This document shows, piece by piece, positions 11,294 to 22,880 of a DNA stretch of 64,000 nucleotides. The notes below the pieces were generated by a model. It was not told where the DNA came from, made no database searches, and was given only the letters and a program-made list of their open reading frames with translations. This DNA is from an uncultured Alphaproteobacteria bacterium (GTDB taxonomy: Bacteria > Pseudomonadota > Alphaproteobacteria > HIMB59 > GCA-002718135). Both the position numbers and the translations under genes were made by a program. Position 1 is the stretch's first letter; each line of letters begins with the position of its first letter. The DNA lies in assembly GCA_902594815.1 (NCBI GenBank), contig CACJNL010000006.1, positions 349 to 64,348 of the forward strand, written 5' to 3'.

Positions 11294-11555
11294 ATGGCTA
11301 ATCACAAATCAGCAAAAAAAAGATCAGTTCAATCTAAAGTAAAGAATGCTGTTAATACACAGTATTTGACTAAATTTAGAACTAATCTAAATAAATTTAA
11401 CAATTCTCTTAAGGGGGAAAATACCAATGATGTTGAAAATTCTTTTAAAGAAATCAACTCAATTCTAGCAAAAGCTGTAAAAAAAGGGGATACTTAAAAA
11501 ACAATATATGTCTAGAAAGTTATCCTCGTTATCAAAACAAATTAAAAAAAATTAA
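11294..11555 (+). CDS. rpsT: 30S ribosomal protein S20; frame interrupted by a 1-nt insertion in a G4 run (11486-11489)
   Basis: MANHKSAKKR start. The track ORF stops at 11497. Removing one G continues KKG-ILKKQYMSRKLSSLSKQIKKN* to 11555, the expected basic S20 C-terminus. Confidence 0.8.
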
Positions 11556-11719
11556 TTTTTTTTTTTAATTTTTTCTCTTTTATTCTTGATTAAAATGCGT
11601 AAAGAGTGTTCATTATCTTTATTATAATTGGTGATTATAATTAACGGTTAAAATTTTACGTCTTTGATTTTTTTACGTAAAATTTAAAAGAAAAAAAAAT
11701 CTTTTTTATTAGGGGGCCA

Positions 11720-13114
11720 ATGGAAAATCCAACTGAAGACTTTAATGAAACTAAATGGGCCTCATTAAAAAAAGATCTTAAAAAAAAAAGTTGGTGAAAG
11801 CGCCTACAATAATTGGTTAAAACATCTAAATTATGTATCTATTGAAAATGACACAATTACATTTTCATTACCAACAAAGTTTTTAAGAGATTGGATTGTA
11901 AATAATTATTCAGATAAAATCAAAATTGAAGCCAAAACATATTCAAAGAATATTGATGTCATAAAATTTGTTGTAAAACCTGATGGTGGCAGAATTGTTC
12001 CAGGCACTGCCAGAACTGTAAAAACTAATGATAATCACTGGAAATCCTCACTAGATATTAGATCCAACCAACAATCATCATACCCAAATGAATTCGGAGC
12101 CCCTTTAGATCCGAGGTTTACATTTGAAAATTTTGTAGTTGGTAAACCTAATGAGCTAGCATTTGCAGCATCAGAGAGAGTTGCTGAAGCTGAAGAAGTT
12201 TCTTTTAATCCACTTTTTTTATATGGTGGGGTTGGCCTTGGTAAAACACATTTAATGCATGCGATAGGTTGGAAAATAAAACAACAACAGCCTGAGAGAA
12301 AAGTAATTTATCTATCTGCTGAAAAATTTATGTATCAGTTTGTAAGAGCTTTACGTTACAAAGATACTTCAGCGTTTAAGGAGCAATTTAGATCCATAGA
12401 TGTCTTAATGATAGATGATGTTCAGTTTATTAGTGGAAAAGATAATACTCAAGAAGAGTTTTTTCATACATTTAATGCTCTGATAGAGCAAAATAAACAA
12501 ATAGTCATATCTGCTGATAAATCTCCCTCTGATTTAGACGGGGTTCAAGATAGATTAAAGTCACGATTAGGTTGTGGTTTAGTGGCTGATATACATCCTA
12601 CAACTTATGAATTAAGACTAGGTATATTAATTGAAAAAGCTCAAAAGAGAGGGGTGGAAATCCCTCCTAAAGTACTTGAGTTTCTCTCACACAGAATAAT
12701 TTCAAATGTAAGAGAAATGGAAGGAGCATTAAATAGATTAGTTGCGCATGCTACATTAGTTGGAACCAAATAACAATAGAAACTGCGCAAGTAGTTTTGC
12801 AGGACCTACTTAAATCTTCAAATAAAAAGATAACTATCGAAGAGATACAAAAAAAGGTTGCTGAACATTATAATATTAGAATTACAGATATGCATTCTCC
12901 AAGAAGATCACGTTCTGTGGCAAGACCAAGACAAATTGCTATGTATTTAGCAAAATCTATAACGTCACGTTCTTTACCAGAAATTGGCAGAAAATTTGGC
13001 GGCAGAGATCATACAACAGTAATGCATGCAGTGAAAAAAATTGAAGAATTAAAACTCCAGGATATAAGTTTTAATGAGGATATTGAACTTCTTAAAAGAC
13101 TTATAGACTCTTAA
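11720..13114 (+). CDS. dnaA: chromosomal replication initiator DnaA; split into three frames by two homopolymer indels
   Basis: ATG 11720 opens frame 1, which stops at 11795. Frame 2 runs 11790-12773 and carries the AAA+ Walker A ([14 protein letters not shown]). Frame 3 ends at 13114 and carries domain IV ([11 protein letters not shown]...DHTTVMHA). The junctions lie at A10 (11780-11789) and AAA (12768-12770). Confidence 0.85.
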
Positions 13115-13138
13115 TATAATTTTATTTATATTTGTTGA

Positions 13139-14254
13139 ATGAAGTTTTCAGTTGAAAAAAAAACTATTTTTAAATCTCTTAGTCATCTTCAAAGTATAGT
13201 CGATAAAAGAAATGTGTTGCCTATACTTTCAAATATTCTCATAGAAGTTAGCAATAATGAACTAACAATGTCATCAACAGATATGGATATTTCCATAAAA
13301 GAAACTGTTAATTGTGAAGTTATTGAGGAAGGCACTACGACAATCAATGCGCAATTAATATATGACATCATAAAAAAGCTTCACGATGAAAGTAAAATAG
13401 AAATTATATCTAATGATGGTAAAATATTAACATTGAGGTCTGGTGTCTCAAAATTTTCTTTGTCATGTCTGCCTAAAGAAGAATTTCCTTTAATAGAATC
13501 AAAAATTGAAGGCATAAAGTTAGAAACTAAAGCAGAAAATATTTACAATTTAATAGACAAAACTAAATTTGCCATATCAAATGAAGAAACTAGGTACTTT
13601 TTAAACGGTTTATATTTTAGTGTTAACAATGAAGAGAATAAAAGTATTTTAAATTTTGTAGGAACTGATGGTCACAGGTTAGCTAAATATTCAATCCAAA
13701 ATCATGTTAATTCTAAAGATATAAATGGTGTAATTATTCCAAAAAAAACAATTAATGAACTTTACAAGCTATTATCTGAAAACTCAGATAATATTGAAAT
13801 AGAAATTAGCTCTAATAAAATTATTTTTTATATTGGAAAGTTAATTTTTATATCTAAACTTATTGATGGAACTTTTCCAGATTACAAAAGAGTTATTCCT
13901 AAAAATAATAATGAAATTTTAAATATTAACAGATCAAACTTGCTATCTGCAGTGGATAGAGTAAGCACAATTGTAAACGAAAAATCTCCCGTAATTAAAT
14001 TTAAACTATTAAAAGATTTAGTTAATTTAAGTACTTTCAATAATGATAACAGCAGTGCAACTGAGGATATTCAAGCTAGATATCAGGGGAAAGAAATCGA
14101 AATTGGTTTTAATTCGAGATATATTATGGATATATTGGACAATCTTAATGAAAACGAAATACAAATTTCATTTCATGATAACTCATCACCAATAATTGCA
14201 AAAGAAAAATCTAATCCTGATTTAATATATGTATTAATGCCAATGCGAGTATAA
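13139..14254 (+). CDS. dnaN: DNA polymerase III beta sliding clamp
   Basis: 371 aa, in the dnaA-dnaN-recF-gyrB order. Typical C-terminus (YVLMPMRV). Confidence 0.9.
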   Translation: MKFSVEKKTIFKSLSHLQSIVDKRNVLPILSNILIEVSNNELTMSSTDMDISIKETVNCEVIEEGTTTINAQLIYDIIKKLHDESKIEIISNDGKILTLRSGVSKFSLSCLPKEEFPLIESKIEGIKLETKAENIYNLIDKTKFAISNEETRYFLNGLYFSVNNEENKSILNFVGTDGHRLAKYSIQNHVNSKDINGVIIPKKTINELYKLLSENSDNIEIEISSNKIIFYIGKLIFISKLIDGTFPDYKRVIPKNNNEILNINRSNLLSAVDRVSTIVNEKSPVIKFKLLKDLVNLSTFNNDNSSATEDIQARYQGKEIEIGFNSRYIMDILDNLNENEIQISFHDNSSPIIAKEKSNPDLIYVLMPMRV

Positions 14255-14257
14255 TTA

Positions 14258-17805
<3,548 letters not shown>

Positions 17806-17817
17806 AGATCATAATAA

Positions 17818-19041
17818 GTGAACACAATCTTATTAACAAATTTAATAAAAATAAGATGGATTGCAATATTTGGACAACTTTCTGCAATCCTTTTTGTAAA
17901 TTACATACTTGAAATAAAATTATTATTTATTGAGTGCATTACAATAATTATGCTTTCAGCGTTTATTAATGTTGGCGCATATCTTTTTCAAAAAAAAATT
18001 AAAATATCTGATGAAATAATATTTTTGTTTTTATTATTTGATACAACTCAATTAGGAGTTTTGTTATATTTAAATGGAGGCATTTTAAACCCATTTTCTA
18101 TACTGATATTAGCTCCAGTTATCATCTCTGCAACCTATTTAAAATCTTATTGGACTGTTTTTTTGTCTCTATATTCAATTTTTCTAGTTATTGTAAATAA
18201 ATTTTACTTCATTCCCTTAAGTTGGACAGATAACTTTATTATTCCTGATTTATATAATAATGGATTATTGATATCTTTAGTTGTAACTATAATTTTTATT
18301 GCTGTTTATGCTTATTTATTTGCCAGTTCATCTAGAAAAATTTCTGAAGCTTTATCTGAAACAAAACTTCAGTTAAATAATCAAAAAAAAATAACAGAAA
18401 TTGGATCGCTAAGCGCTGCTGCTGTTCATGAATTAAGCACACCATTAAATACAATATTTTTAATAATAAATGATTTATTAAAAGAAAAAGTATTAATAGA
18501 TAATAAAAATTTATTGAAAGATATTACCCTTCTTAAATCTCAAGCAGAAAGATGTAGTAATATTTTATTAAGTTTATCAAAAAATCCACAAGCACTTCAA
18601 GACAATTTTTTTGAAAAAATTAAAATTGAAGATTTGATTAAATTATGTTTTGATAAATTTAATACAGACAAGATACTTAGTATTGAATTTGAAAATATAA
18701 ATAGAAATGTAACTATCTTATATAAAGATGAAATTAATTATGCACTTAATAACATTATACAAAACGCTATACAACACGCCAAAACTAAAGTTTTGGTCAA
18801 AATCACAAAAAATTTAAAAAATCTATCAATTAAAATTAAAGATGATGGTATTGGTTTTTCAAGAGATATTCTTGATAAGCTAGGAGAACCATATATTAAT
18901 AAAAATAATAAGGGTATGGGTCTGGGAATATTTATAGCAAAAAACTTAATTGAAAACGTAAAAGGAAAAATATTTTTCTATAATTCAATAGGTGGTAAAG
19001 CAGTAGTTGAAATACAATTTAAAGAAACTATTTTAATATAA
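17818..19041 (+). CDS. regB: redox-sensing histidine kinase, RegB/PrrB/ActS family
   Basis: Multi-TM N-terminus containing the GGILNPF heptapeptide typical of RegB. H-box AAAVHELSTPL. Followed by regA with a TAATG overlap. Confidence 0.75.
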   Translation: MNTILLTNLIKIRWIAIFGQLSAILFVNYILEIKLLFIECITIIMLSAFINVGAYLFQKKIKISDEIIFLFLLFDTTQLGVLLYLNGGILNPFSILILAPVIISATYLKSYWTVFLSLYSIFLVIVNKFYFIPLSWTDNFIIPDLYNNGLLISLVVTIIFIAVYAYLFASSSRKISEALSETKLQLNNQKKITEIGSLSAAAVHELSTPLNTIFLIINDLLKEKVLIDNKNLLKDITLLKSQAERCSNILLSLSKNPQALQDNFFEKIKIEDLIKLCFDKFNTDKILSIEFENINRNVTILYKDEINYALNNIIQNAIQHAKTKVLVKITKNLKNLSIKIKDDGIGFSRDILDKLGEPYINKNNKGMGLGIFIAKNLIENVKGKIFFYNSIGGKAVVEIQFKETILI

Positions 19042-19568
19042 TGAATAAATCATTGCTTGTTGTTGATGACGATCTTCCCTTTAGGGAAAGATTATCAAGA
19101 TCTATGCAAAAAAAGGGATTTGAAGTTGACTCTGCTGACTCATTCGTATCTGCAGTTAAAATAATTGAAAAGCAAAACTATGATTATGCAATTGTAGATA
19201 TGAGACTAACAGATGGATCTGGATTGGAATTAATAAAGAAAATGCAGATAAAAAGTCCAGGAACTAAATCTTTACTTCTCACAGGGTACGGTAACATAGC
19301 TACTGCCGTAGCTGCAATTAAATCAGGTGCAATTGATTATTTGCCAAAGCCTGCCGAAGTAGACCAAATCTATGATGCACTTACTAATTCAAAAGAGATT
19401 CTTCCACCTCCTCCTGAAAACCCTATGACTGCTGATCGAATTAGATGGGAACATATACAACGAGTTTTTGTCCAATGTAATAGAAATGTATCTGAAACAG
19501 CAAGAAGGTTAAGAATGCATAGAAGAACCTTACAGCGAATACTCAATAAACATGCTCCAAGAGAATAG
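19041..19568 (+). CDS. regA: response regulator RegA/PrrA/ActR
   Basis: Receiver domain plus the highly conserved C-terminal HTH NVSETARRLRMHRRTLQRILNKHAPR. Confidence 0.85.
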   Translation: MNKSLLVVDDDLPFRERLSRSMQKKGFEVDSADSFVSAVKIIEKQNYDYAIVDMRLTDGSGLELIKKMQIKSPGTKSLLLTGYGNIATAVAAIKSGAIDYLPKPAEVDQIYDALTNSKEILPPPPENPMTADRIRWEHIQRVFVQCNRNVSETARRLRMHRRTLQRILNKHAPRE

Positions 19569-20599
19569 TGAATTTCAAAGCTTCAATTATTATTCCTGTT
19601 TATAATGAAATCAATTCTCTGGAGACTCTCTGTTTTAAATTAAAAGAAGCATTTCAAAATATCAAAGTTAAATATATTTTCATAGATGATGGCTCAAGTG
19701 ACGGAAGCTATGGCTGGCTTACTAAAAATTTACAAAATTACTTTAATACAAAGGAACTGTATTTTATATCTCTAAAAAAAAATTATGGAAAAGGTTATGC
19801 AATAAGAGAAGGAATTAAAAAACTTGAGGGGAAATATACTATCTTTATTGACTCTGACATGGAATATGAGCCAAAAGATATTTTTGAAATGTATGAGGTT
19901 GTAGTAAAAAATAAAAATATAAATGTGTTATATGGGTCAAGGAATTTAGGCACAAAAATTCAATTAAGAAAATATTTTTTAAATGGCATTACTGTTAAAT
20001 TTAACACTTTTGTATTTAATTTTCTTTTTAATCAATCTTTAACAGATTTACATACTGGATCAAAAATAGTTGAAAGTTCTTTATTAAAGGATTTAGATTT
20101 AAATACTGATGGTTTTGGTATTGAAATAGTTATGAGCAGTGAAATTTCGAAGAAGGAAATTAATATCTATGAATATGGTATTAGTTATTTAGAAAGAACT
20201 GTAGAACAAGGAAAAAAGATTACATTTATAGATGGTATTAAGAGTTACTATTTTTTATTTAGAGAGAGATTTATTAAAAATGATCTATATACAATAATAT
20301 CACTATTATATTCTTTATTATTTATGACATATGCAGGGTCTCATTTTGGGATGGGTTTGGGAAAAATTTTAGTAGTTATATTTTTCATGATAATTGGATT
20401 AATTATAGCCTTGAGCCGTAAAATTATTCCCTTGAGTATTGTCTTTGGTCTAATTTATACCGGCAGTTTATTTAGCAAAGGTAATGGCAAGATATACTCG
20501 GTAGTTATTTTTTTTCTATTAGGCTTATATTTATCAAATAAAACAAAAAATTTTTTTTTAGAAAAGCGAAAGAATTTTATTCACAAATTACTTATCTAG
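19568..20599 (+). CDS. family-2 glycosyltransferase with C-terminal transmembrane helices (polyprenyl-phosphate sugar transferase type, GtrB/ArnC/DPM1-like)
   Basis: IIIPVYNE...FIDDGSSDGS...DSD motifs. 3-4 hydrophobic helices in the last ~100 aa. The GTG start overlaps the regA stop (TAGTG). Confidence 0.7.
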   Translation: MNFKASIIIPVYNEINSLETLCFKLKEAFQNIKVKYIFIDDGSSDGSYGWLTKNLQNYFNTKELYFISLKKNYGKGYAIREGIKKLEGKYTIFIDSDMEYEPKDIFEMYEVVVKNKNINVLYGSRNLGTKIQLRKYFLNGITVKFNTFVFNFLFNQSLTDLHTGSKIVESSLLKDLDLNTDGFGIEIVMSSEISKKEINIYEYGISYLERTVEQGKKITFIDGIKSYYFLFRERFIKNDLYTIISLLYSLLFMTYAGSHFGMGLGKILVVIFFMIIGLIIALSRKIIPLSIVFGLIYTGSLFSKGNGKIYSVVIFFLLGLYLSNKTKNFFLEKRKNFIHKLLI

Positions 20600-20602
20600 A
20601 CT

Positions 20603-21925
20603 CTATAAATTTTTATTGTTTATCTTTAATTTATAGATTGATATACAAATACCTAAAATAAAAAAAATATTTATACCATACCAGTTTTTTGTAATACTCC
20701 CTGTGGACATTATTGGCCAAAATAAAATTATCATTGTAATAATACTTAATAATTTTGTTTCTCTTGTTTTATTTTGATTTATTATTCTAAAAACATAGTA
20801 CAAATAAAGAATAAATAAAATTAGGCAAATTGGACCAGTTTCTATAAGCCATTGTAAATAAAAATTATGTGGATGTGTAACACAGTCAATATTATCAAGT
20901 AAATTATTATATTTTTCAGTTAGGCACATTTCCTTGTAGTTATTTAAACCTATTCCAAAAATTAAATTTTCTTTGTACATTTCAATTGCTTGTAAATAAA
21001 TTTCTCCATATGCAGATTCTTTGAAGTTTTTTAATACTGTTATAAATTCTGGTTGCGATCTTATAAGAATGGTGCAATCTGTCTCTAATGGATTCACACA
21101 TTCAATTTTTTTTTCTAACTCTAACCCATTATGAATTGGAGAAGAATTTAAGACTTTATAATTATATGCTGGATGAAATTTATTTGAAATAAAAATTAAT
21201 ATAAACATTAATATTATCGATAACAAAAAATAAAATTTATCTTTACTAAACAGAATAAAAATAACTAAACCTAGTCCATAGGTTGCAAAAGCCATTCTTT
21301 CTCCAGAAATATATGTTACAAATCCTGATACTCCAAGATAGATTATTATGATAAAATTTCGCATATTTTTGCCTTCTATTAACAAGTAAAGAGCAACTAT
21401 TCCTAAAAATGAAAACCTTGAAATATATGACCCAGGCACTAGATCTTTGAATGGTCCAGTTAATCTGAAATGAGGTGAATTGTCTGGCATATATCCAAAA
21501 ATATCCCCCCCAAAACCTGTCAAAAGATCGTAATTAAAAAATTGGTACAAGCTATCAAAAATAACAAAAACTACAGATGTAAATATTGTAAGAAAAAGAA
21601 GTTTTATTGCCAATTGATATTCAAATAAAATAATTAAAACAGCTAAAGGAATTAATAAAAATCTGATAAATATGATTGCTTCTGAAAAAGATCGAAAAAA
21701 ATTGAAAGCAAAAAAACTTGAAATAATTAAAAAAATCCAAAAAATAATTGATATCCTTAACCAACTCAAATTCTTTACTTGAAACCAATACTTTTTCCAA
21801 AAAATTAGTATTATTAAAAAAATTGCTGATAAAGTAATAATTATGTCAGGTATTGCTGGCCCGGTTATTAATAAAACTGGTAAAATTGATAAAAAAAAAC
21901 TAAAAGATTTTTTAGTTATTTCCAT
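20603..21925 (-). CDS. O-antigen ligase / Wzy_C-family polytopic membrane protein
   Basis: 440 aa with at least 10 hydrophobic segments. ISGERMAF and HPHNFYLQWLIETGPICL resemble the Wzy_C (WaaL/PglL) signature H-N-x-y-L-q-x-l-x-E-x-G. Confidence 0.6.
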   Translation of the reverse strand: MEITKKSFSFFLSILPVLLITGPAIPDIIITLSAIFLIILIFWKKYWFQVKNLSWLRISIIFWIFLIISSFFAFNFFRSFSEAIIFIRFLLIPLAVLIILFEYQLAIKLLFLTIFTSVVFVIFDSLYQFFNYDLLTGFGGDIFGYMPDNSPHFRLTGPFKDLVPGSYISRFSFLGIVALYLLIEGKNMRNFIIIIYLGVSGFVTYISGERMAFATYGLGLVIFILFSKDKFYFLLSIILMFILIFISNKFHPAYNYKVLNSSPIHNGLELEKKIECVNPLETDCTILIRSQPEFITVLKNFKESAYGEIYLQAIEMYKENLIFGIGLNNYKEMCLTEKYNNLLDNIDCVTHPHNFYLQWLIETGPICLILFILYLYYVFRIINQNKTRETKLLSIITMIILFWPIMSTGSITKNWYGINIFFILGICISIYKLKINNKNL

Positions 21926-22847
21926 TTGACAAAATTAATTTTTTAAAAACATTTTCAAGATTACTTTCATAGGTGTTCATTTCTGAAAAAATAATATTAT
22001 TTTTCCTTAAAATATCTATTATTTGATTAAGAGAAATTTCACTTTTATCATATGACAATATTAATTTATTTTTTTCAAATTTTGGATTAAACTGCATTAA
22101 TTCTTTTGGGGTTTCTGTTTTTTTCACTAAATCAAAACTAACTGTTTTGGTAGAGATTATATTTAGTAAATTAATTTTAGTATCATCTCTTATAACCCCA
22201 CCTTTATCTAATATAGTTATATTTTGACATAATTTTTCGGCTTCTTCTAAATAGTGAGTTGTTAAACATACTGTTGTACCTTTTTTATTAATTTCTATTA
22301 TGTATTTCCATAAGGAACTTCTTAGTTCCACATCTACCCCAGCTGTAGGTTCATCTAATATTAACATTTCAGGACTATGAACTAAAGCCTTGGCCACTAA
22401 CAGCCTTCTTCTCATTCCCCCTGAAAGAGTTCTGGCATAAGCATGTTTTTGATTAATTAGCCCAACATTTTCTAAGATTTTTTCAGTTTTTCTATTTTTT
22501 TTAGAAATACCATAAAGGCCTGCTTGCAATTCTAATAATTCAAAGGGTGTAAAAAAAGGATCAATATTCAATTCTTGAGGCACTATACCAATTTTAAATT
22601 TTGCATTTTTTTGATCTTTATCAATGTCTATTCCACAAATAGTTATATTGCCTGTATTTTTTTTTACTAGACCACCTAAAATATTGATAAATGTTGATTT
22701 TCCTGCACCATTTGGACCAAGTAAACCGTGTATACTTCCTTTTTTGATTTTAATATTAAAGTTTTGAAGAGCGTGAACTTCACCTCTTGTGCTCTTAAAG
22801 GCCTTATTAACGTTTTTTGCTTCAATAGAATGAATATAATCTGTCAT
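21912..22847 (-). CDS. ABC transporter ATP-binding protein (ABC-2/DrrA-like with C-terminal extension)
   Basis: Walker A GPNGAGKST, signature LSGGMRRR, Walker B LILDEP. Start set at ATG 22847 (MTDYIHSIEAKNV), because the track start 22892 would overlap the polA start. Confidence 0.8.
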   Translation of the reverse strand: MTDYIHSIEAKNVNKAFKSTRGEVHALQNFNIKIKKGSIHGLLGPNGAGKSTFINILGGLVKKNTGNITICGIDIDKDQKNAKFKIGIVPQELNIDPFFTPFELLELQAGLYGISKKNRKTEKILENVGLINQKHAYARTLSGGMRRRLLVAKALVHSPEMLILDEPTAGVDVELRSSLWKYIIEINKKGTTVCLTTHYLEEAEKLCQNITILDKGGVIRDDTKINLLNIISTKTVSFDLVKKTETPKELMQFNPKFEKNKLILSYDKSEISLNQIIDILRKNNIIFSEMNTYESNLENVFKKLILSNGNN

Positions 22848-22880
22848 TATTATAAAACTATTTATATATCTATACTCTAA

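Noticed and set aside
11544-11566. A8-TTAA-T11 palindrome at the end of rpsT as an intrinsic terminator.
   Set aside because: The stem is purely A:U, has negligible predicted stability, and overlaps the restored rpsT stop. It is more likely low-complexity sequence typical of this AT-rich genome.
11556-11719. Replication origin (oriC) in the rpsT-dnaA spacer.
   Set aside because: I could not find matches of 8/9 or better to the DnaA box TTATCCACA, nor CtrA sites. The spacer is short (164 bp), and alphaproteobacterial origins are usually near hemE rather than dnaA. Only the inverted repeat is reported.
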